A stretch of DNA of 60,039 nucleotides, counting the filler, from Asterionella formosa (taxonomy: Eukaryota), in assembly GCA_002256025.1 (NCBI GenBank). It is 4 parts of 4 records of this genome, joined end to end, with 100 filler letters (N's around TTAATTAATTAA, not from the genome) between each part and the next. Parts side by side here need not be neighbours in the genome. Positions count along the whole stretch, not along the records: positions 45,124 to 60,039 come from NKIB01005683.1; 3 more parts are not named here. One strand, given 5' to 3'. Below are positions 48,273 through 60,039 of this stretch, piece after piece (positions within the stretch are counted from its first letter, which is position 1; each line of letters starts with the position of its first letter). The notes below the pieces were generated by a model. The model was given only the letters and a program-made list of their open reading frames with translations, made no database searches and was not told the origin of the DNA. A program made the translations under genes and the position numbers.

Positions 48273-51200
48273 ATGGGAAACGCACCGTCCACTTCTCAAG
48301 AACAACAGCTGCAAGCAGCATCGTTTGATGAATCTCGATTCACGCAAATTAGTCCTTCGTCGACATTGTCCAATCCATCCAACTTTGGACGTCACCGTCA
48401 GCCACCACCGCCACAACAACTTCAGCGTTCCTTGTCTCGAGTTGCAGTTCGTAATCAACCGACTTCCAATGGACATCAACACAATCAAGATACTATCGGA
48501 GAACAGAATCTACAATTGTTGAGAAAGAAGAAGAAGAAAAAGAAAAGGTCCCACAAGAAAGTTACACAATGCTTTGCTGGCTGCTTTCAAGAAAGTGCTC
48601 ATGTGGTGGACAAGGTCAAAATCATGACTCAAAACTGCACTACTGCCACTACCACAAAGATGAAAGCCTTCAAGGCTTCTCTCAAGACTAGCGCCATGCC
48701 CTCGGCCCAAGAGCACGTAGCAACGGCAGTGGTAGATCCAAATGTTATCATTCATCCACCGCCGCTTCCGACTGAAGTTTCCTTTTTCTTTCAACGATCA
48801 GAAGAAACTACACCTAAATGTCGATTGTTGGATCATGAAGCATTTGATGAAACCATGACAGGTGCCGTGCATCAAGAAGAAGACTACTTTGATCGATTGG
48901 CGACATCTGCTGAACCATCGCCTTACATAAATCATCATCATTCCAGGTCTATGTCCTACGAACAAAGAGTTTCACGACATATTTCGGAGTATGACGTTGG
49001 ATGCTTGTTTGGTGATGGAGCAATGGACAACAGTATGAGTAGTCCTAGTCCCACAGTCAATTTGCGATACCTCAATCCTGATGAATCGGCATTAATGTCC
49101 CTCTATTTGGATGAAGAAGCAAAGAATAGAACCATGGAAATGAGTTTTATGACAAGTCCTGTATCTGCCATGTTGCGCCGCTCCATGCAAGAACCTCCAA
49201 CTCCAGTACTAAAAGATTCGACATTCATGTCGTTGTATGTTCACGAGAATGACAATGCTGTAAATATCAGCTGCATGGAAAGTCCAATCGTTGCCAACAA
49301 AACACCGTCCAAGTTTGTCCTTTTGGAGACTGTATTATCACCTACTCCGACTACAGAGTTTGTCATGTCGCCCATGGAACAACCAACTCCACAACCTTCC
49401 ATATTTAGGGAACGTAGTGATACGAAAAAGCATCCGGTGGTGAATGAAACTAAACTACCCACGATGAATGGCATCATGGCGAACCAGCCGAAACTAGCAC
49501 CAGTGGTGTTGAGTGACAAGAAGCAGAAGCTACCACCACCAGTAGTTGTGAGTGACAAGAAGCAGAAGCAACCACCACCAGTAGTTGTGAGTGACAAGAA
49601 GCAGAAGCAGCCACCACCAGTAGGTGTGAGTGACAAGAAGCAGAAGCAACCACCACCAGTAGTTGTGAGTGACAAGAAGCAGAAGCAACCACCACCAGTA
49701 GTTGTGAGTGACAAGAAGCAGAAGCAACCACCACCAGTAGTTGTGAGTGACAAGAAGCAGACGCAACCACCTTATATGTTGAGAGTTGCTGATGTTCCGG
49801 CATTGGTGGATGATGATAGCCTTATGTTGAGAGTTGCTGATGTTCCGGCATTGGTGGATGATGATAGCCTATTTTTGGAATCAGACGATGCTTCAGTTGA
49901 TTCCGACGCACCTCTACGCTTGAGAACTGATGAAGAACTCCTTAAAACTGATACAATACCCAAAGTCAATACATTGGCTTCCTACATGCTGTCGTCTAGG
50001 TCTTTCGAAAAGAAAAAGCACTTTGACCCTAAACGAAGCATGGACGCTTTAAACAAAGGCAACGCTGTTTGTCATAATGAGACACAAGACTATCGCAATA
50101 TTGCCTTGTCAACGTCGGAAACATCAGACATTCCGGATATCATGCCTGTACAGTCGCGTGAAATGACATTTTCTTCTCCAGCCCCAAATCATCGCATGCC
50201 CCTTTTGAGTCCTGGCATGGATTCTATCATGTCTACTCCGGGAAAATCTCCCGTTCCCCTCCTCTCCAATCAGTGCCTGTCAAATGCAGCATTTTTGTTT
50301 TCTCCCAGCTAAGCTGGCGGTAACGCAGCCCCCTTACCAGCCCAAAATCATTGCATGCCCCTCATGAGTCCTTGCATGGATTCTATCATGTCTACTCCGG
50401 GAAAATCTCCTGTACCCCTCCTGTCCAATCAGTGCTTGTCAAATGCAGCATTTTTGTTTTCTCCCAGCTATGCTGGCGGTCAAGCAGCCCTCTTACCTAA
50501 ACCTGGTGCTCTTGCTGTCACCGCATTCTCCATTTCAACCTTTCCGTCTCGAAGCCGACTTGGTAGTGCTTCGTCTCGATCCCAACACTCTGTCACGATT
50601 CCAGTGGCCGGAACAAGCACGCTTTCTCGATCCAGTTGGTCGCAAAGCGTTCAAGAATCTTCCCAAGGTCGTTCTCAACAACAGAATCTCAAGCAAGTAA
50701 GATTCAGTGATACTGATAATTTCTGTGACATTGAAACCTTGGAAAGATCGTCAGTGACACACATGGCTGGAAAATTCGTTAATGCTGATATTCAGACAAA
50801 GATTTCCGATCTCTCTGAGACCTCTAGCATGTTTGGTGCTGCAAATTTCAAAGGCTTACCTTTTTCGAACGCTGGGGACAGGACCCCTGAGAAAGCAAGT
50901 GAAACGGCAAAAACACATTGGTCCTACCGGCAAGGCGACACCAACAAGATGACTACACCAGTTTCCTATAAGTCGAACCCGGGGGTTCCGTCCAAGTCTC
51001 CCATGCTTCGTTTTCGGTTTGCAAAAGAGAAGTTTGCTAACCCTGAAGCAAAGAAGGTTCCAGCCAAAAAGACACCTCCTAAGAAGTTTTGGAATCGAAC
51101 TCCGAAAAAGTCTCTTGTGTCTACTCGCATTGCTGATCTTCATTATCAATTAACCAAGAACGCTCGTACTGGAAGCATGCGCAGGACCGAAACTGCTGCG

Positions 51201-51896
51201 TCGATCCAGTTGACCCGGAGTAATGATGAATTCGAATCTGCTCAACGGGTAGTGAAGCGAAGTAAGGAGCGTATGAGCATGCAGACCGCTCCGCCGCCTA
51301 TTATAAATGAATTCCCTTATGATGAAACTTTTGCCAAGGAGAATGAGAGGAGTTCCATCCCTTCTCGTTCGAGTGCAAGTGTTTCCCGGTCTGCGTCGGA
51401 TTCAACTGTGGTGTCATCATCAGTTGCTAGCGAGAGTATCGATGTATTCACCATGCTACGAACCAAGTCTCTTCATCACAACGACAAAATTATTGGTAAT
51501 GATGATGATGACAGTGTCTCGGACGACGATGCGTTTGCTACCCTTTTGGCCCAGCCAACAGAGGAGGACGACGATGATGACGATGAAACCGCCCCCACTG
51601 TAATTCGTCCAAAAGGTTCATCGCAAGTTGAGTATACTTCTCGATTCACAATGAATGCATACACTTCATCCAATACCGACGACAAAGAAAATACGTCGTT
51701 GCACAAATCTGCTCTGACCACCTCAAAAGTGAATCCAGAGTTAGTCCGCCATCCACAAAATCTTCATCTATCTCCTCTCCAACGCACCCCCTTGCAAACT
51801 CGCCGATGGCGCTCCCTTGCAGCTGCCGTACAGGAAAAGGAGAAAATTCGGACCAAGTTGCTAACCGAGCGAAGTGTCAATGGTCCGCGACGATGA
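48273..51896 (+). CDS. Large low-complexity/disordered protein of unknown function, possibly N-myristoylated; interrupted by one in-frame TAA at 50310-50312
   Basis: Starts MGNAPS; poly-K stretch; many SP/TP sites. ORFs 48204-50312 and 50355-51896 are in the same frame. Confidence 0.65.
49500..49871 (+). repeat. Coding tandem repeats: 39 bp x7 (SDKKQKQPPPVVV), then 48 bp x2 (MLRVADVPALVDDDSL)
   Basis: AGTGACAAGAAGCAG every 39 nt from 49512 to 49746; ATGTTGAGAGTT at 49776 and 49824. Confidence 0.95.
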
Positions 51897-51993
51897 GAAA
51901 GGCACCTGTCTAGTATATGTAAATCGTTTAATGTGGTTACCCCAAGAAATTGATTTATTATTTTCGTTGTTGAAGGCTTTTTCAACTATAAAT

Positions 51994-53499
51994 TTAACTT
52001 TCGGGGAGACCTGATGCAACAATCCTTAATGTTGCCTTCGTTCTCATCTGTTTTGCTGCCTCGTTTAAGGCGGCAAGTACCTGTTTTGCTGTGGGTCTAC
52101 GGTGAGGATCTTGCGAAAAGCATTGTTCAAAAACATGGACCATCGTTATGGTAGCCACATCGGTTCGTCGCATGACTTCCTTTCGCAGTCTTGGGAGCTT
52201 TCCTGCCTCGAGTTGCTGTACCATGGCCGTATGATTTGAGCCAAGATCGGCATAGGGATTCTCACCATTTAAAATGGCATAAATAGTAGCACCCAAGGAA
52301 AATAAGTCCACATCTACACTCAAGTTTCCGTCCTTCCAAGGGGGCTGGTATGGTTTTTCACGGGCCAAAAATTGGGGCAATTGGAACAAACATGCCCTTT
52401 GGGACGTATGGTTCCGTCGTAGTAAAATAGATTCATCGAAATCATTCATTTTGATTATACCTTTAACCAGCAAAAGATTGTCTGGTTTTAAATTTCGAAC
52501 AACTACAGTGGATTCGTCCATGTCGTCTGTAGTGTGCAAGTCCACTAAAGCCGATGTTAGTTGTTGAGCCATGCGTAGTTTGGCTATGGGTTCTAAGAAA
52601 TACAATTTCTCTAACCATTCCGTTGATTTGTTGTCTCCCAATTCTGCCAATGACGAAAGTCCGCAATATCCAAAAATATTCATAACATAAGGTGAACTTG
52701 TCAGACGTTCGCTAATGACAGCATCTGTTCGCTGAATCTCATACTCCGACTGTCGGAATTCGGCTCGATGGAACAAGATGGTGCGAAGGACAGCATGACC
52801 ACTTATTGAATACGTCACACGCCTCCCACCCACTCCCATTAGTGTAGCTTCGTTTTCTAAAATGTTTATGTCATGAAGTAGATTGCACGTTGGAAAGTGG
52901 TTGGAATGCCATTTCGCCATGGGCATGGTACATGTCTCCTCGTCAAAGAGTTTTCTCCTTGATGACCTTGTTGGAATGATCTGATTCTGCAAATTACGAG
53001 TCAAAGTTGATGCTCTTGTTGTAGCATTGAAATTTTGGATTGCGGGATGTGCCTTGTTCTCTGGACGACGAGGTGGTGGCATCATACTCGTACTCCAGCG
53101 ATCAAATGGCACAACTGAGGATACAAGGGATAAATTGGTGAAGTTCAACAGGCCTACGAGTCGAGGATGATGATGATAATGATGATGATTCATTTTTCTC
53201 AATAGTATCCTCTCAAATTGCTTCGGCTGCAGTTTGCTATTTATTCCTTGTCTTGTCCGAGAGGTTTGGGAATTAATCAACGGGGTCCAATCGATGTTTA
53301 CATCGTCATTTTCTTGCTGGACTAACAAACTAGATTTGCAGCAGAGTAGTAGTAGACCAATATGGATTGCGAATCCCATCACCAATAGAATCAAATAACA
53401 ACGAGGAAGTCTACGTTGTTGCTGTATCATGATTGAACGATGCTGATGCTTTGAAACAGGAAATACTACGTTTTGGAGTGGATGATGATGATACTGCAT
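51994..53499 (-). CDS. Type II membrane, secretory-pathway protein kinase-like protein (PKDCC/VLK-like fold); probable pseudokinase
   Basis: N-terminal TM; C.PM..W....PTCN..H; ERLTSSPYVMNIFGYCG; VRNLKPDN; KMNDFD; DLFSLG; CFSQDPHRRPTAKQV. Confidence 0.8.
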   Translation of the reverse strand: MQYHHHPLQNVVFPVSKHQHRSIMIQQQRRLPRCYLILLVMGFAIHIGLLLLCCKSSLLVQQENDDVNIDWTPLINSQTSRTRQGINSKLQPKQFERILLRKMNHHHYHHHPRLVGLLNFTNLSLVSSVVPFDRWSTSMMPPPRRPENKAHPAIQNFNATTRASTLTRNLQNQIIPTRSSRRKLFDEETCTMPMAKWHSNHFPTCNLLHDINILENEATLMGVGGRRVTYSISGHAVLRTILFHRAEFRQSEYEIQRTDAVISERLTSSPYVMNIFGYCGLSSLAELGDNKSTEWLEKLYFLEPIAKLRMAQQLTSALVDLHTTDDMDESTVVVRNLKPDNLLLVKGIIKMNDFDESILLRRNHTSQRACLFQLPQFLAREKPYQPPWKDGNLSVDVDLFSLGATIYAILNGENPYADLGSNHTAMVQQLEAGKLPRLRKEVMRRTDVATITMVHVFEQCFSQDPHRRPTAKQVLAALNEAAKQMRTKATLRIVASGLPES

Positions 53500-54301
53500 A
53501 TTAAAATTGATTCAGTGATTCATTGTTTCAATGTCTTTTCTCTGCAGCGTACGAATGCAATCGATTCCGCTGTTGGGGTACCGTGGTACCTTGTACCTTG
53601 AAGTATGCGCATCTTGCTAGGGTCACCTCAATTTTGCGCTGAAGATCTCATATATCATGCATTCATTCTCGGCGTTGCGAGCGATCATGATATATACGCA
53701 CCGGTCGTATAATGAAATGAGACACGAATGAAACAAGAACGAGATCCAGAAGCAAGATACTGGTTTCCCTATATATACATTGACGTTTCCTTCCTGACCT
53801 CATTGTACTATAGCTATTATAGATGGTACGTTCCACAATAACGCACGACACATTACACCATACGTACTTATGCTGGCAATAAGTATTTATTTAAATAAAT
53901 ACAGCAGCGCGTGCTCTCGTGAAAGAATTTTGGAATTATGTAAGGCATGTTCCTGCATTTGAACCCTTCCAGCTGCTGATCTTATAGTAACAGAGGAGGT
54001 ATGAAATGGAAAAATGTATTGCTTGGCCAATTTTTTTGTATCTAACATGCTGGTGATATGTTGCTTCCAGCATTACTTTTTATTGTTCTAAAGAAATGTG
54101 TATCTGTGTGTACCACAACACTAATTTTATAAGTTTTATGTATGTCATATAATTAAATTAATCAACAATGACACCATTTTTATCTTTAATGGCATTGATG
54201 GAAACAATTTTTGGGAGGAGCAAGGGATCAACAGCAATCACTATTATCACTACTCCTGTAATTTTTCTTTTCATCATTTGTAAACAACTGCAATATTAAA
54301 A

Positions 54302-54516
54302 TGTTGCTGCTGTTGCTGCTGTTGCTGCTGTTGCTGCTGTTGCAGCTNNNNNNNNNNNNNNNNNNNNNNNNNNNNNNNNNNNNNNNNNNNNNNNNNNNNN
54401 NNNNNNNNNNNNNNNNNNNNNNNNNNNNNNNNNNNNNNNNNNNNNATGTTGCTGCTGTTGCTGCTGTTGCTGCTGTTGCTGCTGTTGCAGCTGTTGCAGC
54501 TGCTTCTGCTGCTGTT
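54302..54516. repeat. TGTTGCTGC (CAG/CAA-type) microsatellite spanning an assembly gap
   Basis: 9-bp unit is present on both sides of the N-run. Confidence 0.9.
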
Positions 54517-56389
54517 ACTTCTCATGGCATCATTTGATTCTTCAGAAAATGAAAGTTACTCTGTCCCAAGTAAACTGAATGACTAGTGGGTTGCAAGTAG
54601 TCCTACCACTCCTGCTGATTTATTCATTGACAGCAAAGAAGATTGACAATGATAACAAAAGCAAGACATGCCCAGCATTCAACAGATATCTTTACAATGA
54701 CTTCAGCATGTTTGTGTTTACTTTAAAGTAGCCAGATACAGAAAAAAACCAAGGCCATAACTATTACACTCATTAAGAATTGGCAAAAGAGAGTTGACAT
54801 TCGAAATATGATGGGTATGGAACTAAGACTTATATAAAAAACCGAAGCAGTATATGAAAGAAATGGAACAACTCCTAAATCGTCAATATCAACAAGGAAG
54901 TCTTGCTCCTCACCTATTGAAGCGAATTTCTGCTAGAGGATTTATTGATAATGACACCTGATTCAGAATTATCTCCCCCTCCCCCATTGTATGCTTCTGC
55001 ATCTCCGTTCACTGCCAACATTCTATTATGCATGTGTTTAATAATAGCTACAGCAAAGAATTTATTTCCTACTACAAGTGTGCCGGTGACTACCTGTCTG
55101 GTGGTGTAACTCATTTGCCATCCTGTCAGCATAGCTATAAAAGCAAATTAACTGAAACGTCATTTCCAGCTTTTCAATGCTGTTGGCTCATACAGCAAGA
55201 CTCTTTAAAAATGAAAATAATCTGATTATTCCTACTTCTGTGGCGGCCACAGTACTAGTAGCATATATTGGGTGGTATGCAAGAATGCATATTTGATAAT
55301 ATTTTACCCTCCTAACAACTGGGAACATCATCAAGAACCCAAATTCAGCAGCCATTTATTGGTTCTCCAATTCGTTTAATCGGCCTCTCCCCATCTGGTT
55401 TATATGATAGCTAAAAGGAATTGACCCCACGAAAGTACTATCAACTCAGAAGACATCGCTGGCTGATTATCTCATTCAAGTTTTTTAAATGGCTGCTGTA
55501 TCCAGCCAGCCATGAATTTTCAACAAGTAGAATTTGGCAGATCCTGCTGTGGCTACACCTGAGATCATAGTACATCTACCCAGGTACTACTACTGAAGCA
55601 ATTGGCTGATTCTTATCGTCTCTGTTGACTTCAACAACTTGTCCATGCTCGCTCACCATACCGATTTTGGCACCAGGAGCATCTGACCGTTCCTGCCATT
55701 GCTACTCCTCCTCTGCCTCACAACAAGCCATCACTCATACATAACAGCTATGCTACCTTCCTGTTAACAGCCTCTCTTTCCAAACTGAATAGGGAGATAA
55801 CACACTGCCAAGTAGCTCAGATGTTTTTGCCATTGGTGAGAAACACCATCATCATCACCTCATTTCAATGCCAAACCATTCATATTGCAAGACTAACCAG
55901 CCAAGTTTCCTTCGATTGCCCCTACTGGAGACCAATCACTACTATTTTAAACTCTAAATCAGATCATGTTTTAGGCTGTTTTCCTTCCTCCTATTTTCGT
56001 CAGCCAGCATCATTCTTTTGTCTGGTGCTCTAACAAAATCATTCCTGTCTTCCTTTATCAGAAGAACCAAATGAGCGAGTTTCTGGCTGAATTCATTGCG
56101 TGTCCCATAACTTATTTACCAATATAGATCTGGCTCCTGCTGCTTTAGGCACAAAATTCTGAAGTAAGTACTGGCTGACTGTAGTATGAATGTGCAAAAC
56201 TATGGAAATCAAACCAAACCAGTATGGATGAGATAGCAAACATGATCAATTCAAACCAAAAAGGTTATTTAATTGTTATGGGAACTAACAAAAAGGAGCA
56301 TTGTCTGAATTCTTTGTATCGTTTTTGCTAAACCCTACTTTGCATTAGGGTTTTCTACACAGCAATGTCATAATTTGTTTCCTCTTATA

Positions 56390-56756
56390 CTAAAAGTTTG
56401 TATGTTTTATAGCCCATTTGTACTCACCTCTTTCAAGGCAAATATTTCATTGTGCTACGTGCTGGCTGACAAGACCTGTGCTTCCCTAGTTTTGTTAGCG
56501 TAGGTGAGTCCCCAACCACCTTTAGCGAAAGGTGATCATCTTAGCAGCAGCGTTAGGGGAAACTCCGACCACCTAGGAAGGCGGCACAAGCTGCTTGTAG
56601 GGGGCAACCCACTATTTCTTGCACACCAGGCAAGAACGTGCGGGACAGTAAGGAGTGTTGGAGTCGAATCCAACAATTGCTTCTCAAAACAATTGCGGGA
56701 ATCGAACCTCACAACCTCAGATCAAAGGCAACGTGCTTAACCACTAAGCCATTCCC
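56390..56756 (-). mobile_element. tRNA-derived SINE-like retroposon, 367 bp, with a 14-bp target-site duplication
   Basis: Minus strand begins GGGAATGGCTTAGTGGTTAAGC (A box, D-stem GCTT/AAGC) ... GAGGTTCGATTCCC (B box). Exact TGTTTCCTCTTATA at 56376-56389 and 56757-56770. Confidence 0.85.
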
Positions 56757-58758
56757 TGTTTCCTCTTATATTATTACCGGTACGTATGTGCTATTTTATT
56801 TAATGTTCCTTTTCCGGTTTTGTTGATTGATCAAGGGTAATTGCCATAAAAAAGGTTTCATGCTACAATATTATTTGCTATCTATCTCTATTCTATCCTT
56901 TTTTCTTTTGCTTTTGAATATTTCTGCTATACTATAATTCGTTTTGACTTTTAACTCATGTTTCATTCTATTTAGTTTGTTTTTCCAGCTCGACTATAAC
57001 GCACTTTGATACATGTATATGGCTCCGGTATCTACCTACCGGTACTCCTCCTACTCGAGGCCGCTCATCAATATTCGCTTCTGCTTATTAACACCAACGA
57101 CAAATGGTAAACAATAAGCTCGACGGATCCTTCTCATTCACCATAATTCAATTGATTCCTCCATTGTCATGCCTCTAAGCAAAGAAATGATGCGAATTGT
57201 GTAAGTCCGAGTGCGACACCATGAACCGCTTGATTGATTGGGAAAACCAATATTATTAATTTTGTCTCTCGATTTATTTATGAAATATTTACTCATACAA
57301 CACAACACAGCACGGCGACAACTTATGTCGCTACGTTTGTTACTTCCGTCTATGTAGTCTTCTACAATGAATATAAACCTTGTCCAAGTGGTAGAGATCA
57401 TTGCCTTACAGACCTTCAACGTGGGTATCGGACATTCATTGATCGACATGTGTTTGGTATTACAGCACCAACGGACAACGGCATGCAAGGTCGAAGGAAC
57501 AACGACGTCCCGTGACGCAGAAATCGAAACATTGACAAAGAAATACCGCTCAGAGTAAAGATAGCATTCATCACGTTAGGGGTTCCAGACAAAAAAATGG
57601 CGCTCAAGATTTCTAACAACGAAAGAACATAAACCAACTGTTGTCGGAATCGGCGACGGTTTTTTTCAAGGTAGGGCAGAATACAAAGAAATGGTAGATC
57701 ATGTTTTCCAATCTTATTTGGTTAATGGGTACACGCACGTAGATTGTAAAATAGTATCCCGGGAGGATCGTTGGATACCCAATAAAAAACCCACCTTGAA
57801 ATCCGATTTGATCCTGAATTAGATGAACTTTCGCTACTTAAGTCTAGTTGGTTCTCAACGACACGAACTTGTGTGTCGTTTCAATCGTTCCACAAGAGCG
57901 ATGCAGAAAGTAATAAGTGTGCTGGTAGTCTAGCTATTACCTTAAGCGATAAAACAATAGGAGTATTATGAGGATAGTGAAAATTCAAAAATATGTTGGC
58001 CTCATTCTTGTTGAGTAGTGNNNNNNNNNNNNNNNNNNNNNNNNNNNNNNNNNNNNNNNNNNNNNNNNNNNNNNNNNNNNNNNNNNNNNNNNNNNNNNNN
58101 NNNNNNNNNNNNNNNNNNNNNNNNNNNNNNNNNNNNNNNNNNNNNNNNNNNNNNNNNNNNNNNNNNNNNNNNNNNNNNNNNNNNNNNNNNNNNNNNNNNN
58201 NNNNNNNNNNNNNNNNNNNNNNNNNNNNNNNNNNNNNNNNNNNNNNNNNNNNNNNNNNNNNNNNNNNNNNNNNNNNNNNNNNNNNNNNNNNNNNNNNNNN
58301 NNNNNNNNNNNNNNNNNNNNNNNNNNNNNNNNNNNNNNNNNNNNNNNNNNNNNNNNNNNNNNNNNNNNNNNNNNNNNNNNNNNNNNNNNNNNNNNNNNNN
58401 NNNNNNNNNNNNNNNNNNNNNNNNNNNNNNNNNNNNNNNNNNNNNNNNNNNNNNNNNNNNNNNNNNNNNNNNNNNNNNNNNNNNNNNNNNNNNNNNNNNN
58501 NNNNNNNNNNNNNNNNNNNNNNNNNNNNNNNNNNNNNNNNNNNNNNNNNNNNNNNNNNNNNNNNNNNNNNNNNNNNNNNNNNNNNNNNNNNNNNNNNNNN
58601 NNNNNNNNNNNNNNNNNNNNNNNNNNNNNNNNNNNNNNNNNNNNNNNNNNNNNNNNNNNNNNNNNNNNNNNNNNNNNNNNNNNNNNNNNNNNNNNNNNNN
58701 NNNNNNNNNNNNNNNNNNNNNNNNNNNNNNNNNNNNNNNNNNNNNNNNNNNNNNNNNN

Positions 58759-59070
58759 GTTGCCTGTGCCAAGAAAGGAGCATACCAAGTGAGCAAAACC
58801 TGTCACTGAAGAAGAAATGAAGGGGGGCAAGGGGAATCGTTAGATCATGTCTATCAGCGGAACGAAAATTTTCTAGATGAGCAAACTTGTCAGTACATGT
58901 TGGCTTACCATGTCATGCCATTGACTCTGGCCAATTCAGCCAATCCAGCACTACAGCTGCAGTGCTATCATCATATTCCAGTGGCAATTGAAAACTTTGT
59001 AAAGAAGATGAAGATTCATGTGCATTAATGTGCCTTGGACTTTGATCACAAGCTCGTAATGAATGATTGT
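58759..59070 (+). mobile_element. Decayed C-terminal part of an IS630/Tc1-like DDE transposase
   Basis: Broken translation ACAK(K)GAY...RKFSR*A/..QYMLAYH...IENFVKKMKIH..*CALDFD. It resembles the W..AK..YR...R.F.RR...YM.AY tail of this transposase class; the upstream part is lost in the gap. Confidence 0.45.
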
Positions 59071-60039
59071 AAGCATTACATAAATACATGAATCTATGTA
59101 AATATTAATCATTTTAATAGCGCATTCTTACTAGTATATTTCTAGAGTTGTGGTCTTTGCGCTCCATGGCCCATGTAAGGTGGGGCGGTGGATTGTTTTT
59201 GGTGGTGGTCACTCCCTCGTGTGGAAGAAGGTTAAAACATAAATTTTGGTAGCGTTGTTCTCTGAGCATTTCTCCATGATAGCTGCACTGTTTATGTCAG
59301 CTCGAAAATTAGATGGGAAGTGTAGATTGTGTTAGAACCTTCCTTTTGGTCCGCACTTCTTGAATTGCTGCTGTTTTTGCGTTCTTGCTGGTTTTGTGTT
59401 ATAATATGTGTGAATTGATTGTTGGCCTGATGCTGCAAATTTCTGGGATTCTTTGAACAGATAATTTTCTCTTTCTAGAAATCGTAGTTTTGACTCAATC
59501 TAGCTTGCAGTAGTTCCTCCTCCAGACTCTTGCTGAATAAATGTTCATCCCTCCTTGAGATTTCATCCCTTTTTTCGTAATATTCTTCGATTTTCTCATT
59601 GTATTCTGATTGAGCAATTGTATTGTTCCTGCCATGTAAAAAAACAATTTTATTAATACTAATATTGACAACGAAAGGGAAAGAAGTCGCCGATGGTGGC
59701 ACATTGATACACAAAGTTTAGACGATGCACAATTTTAAACGACAAAGTTACAACGAGATCTAACGCACACTTTCAAAGTAGTATGCAGCATGCTACGCTA
59801 TGGAAATCTGTAGGTCGAAGCAATTTCTGTTTGATTCTCTATTTAAATAATATCAATTGATAGTCCATTGACATTTTCAAAATGCCTCTTTTGTTCACGA
59901 CTACTGATTAAAATGGTGACTAAAAACGACTAAATATTTGATTGAAGACGACTAGAACTTGCTGACAATGACTACAATTTTGTGTCTTCGAATAGAATTT
60001 TCTGACTTCTGACTAGAAATTGCTGACAACCAAAAGAAA

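Noticed and set aside
49500..49771. CRISPR-like array
   Set aside because: Head-to-tail units with no unique spacers, in frame within a protein.
50310..50312. Selenocysteine or pyrrolysine recoding
   Set aside because: The codon is TAA, and the sister repeat has TAT.
54600..56200. Decayed non-LTR retrotransposon (similarly 2400-3400)
   Set aside because: Looks like eroded coding DNA, but I could not recover a diagnostic motif; needs BLASTX.
56695..56756. Functional tRNA gene
   Set aside because: A and B boxes are present, but the acceptor and anticodon stems do not pair and the unit lies inside a TSD-bounded insert.
56390..56756. RNase P/MRP or telomerase RNA
   Set aside because: The CR-I-like and CR-V-like words lie on opposite strands, and CCCTAAC is too short to be a template. 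The TSD favours a retroposon.

Overview
This is eukaryotic nuclear DNA, most likely from a diatom. That call is an inference from short GT-AG introns, signal peptide + 'AF' plastid-type presequences, and the style of its Copia elements and secreted kinase. The window is not one locus: three artificial spacers (N44-TTAATTAATTAA-N44) join four ~15 kb scaffolds of decreasing length (14951, 14944, 14928, 14916 bp), so adjacency across the spacers means nothing. Scaffolds 1-2 are gene-rich: WrbA-type quinone reductase, TVP38, a beta-propeller surface protein, a degenerate UGT-like protein, NSRP1, MMS2/UEV, an SLC35A transporter, plastid-type PrmA, a degenerate ABC protein and a bubblegum-type acyl-CoA synthetase, plus Gypsy and ATG9 relics. 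Scaffold 3 is mostly mobile DNA: a complete but internally wrecked Ty1/copia element with ~99% identical LTRs, a second truncated copia, and a decayed Cys-rich ORF. Scaffold 4 carries a repeat-rich protein interrupted by one stop codon, a secretory pseudokinase, and a tRNA-headed SINE-like insertion with a 14-bp target-site duplication (TSD). The most unusual signals are: (i) a fold-back at ~31.96-32.10 kb in which CTCG recurs every ~16 nt opposite another CTCG, giving periodic tandem GA/GA mismatches on the minus strand; (ii) the highly structured SINE-like element; and (iii) an ~88-bp inverted-repeat element present five times, always in the 5' flank of a gene. All calls were made by eye without database searches.
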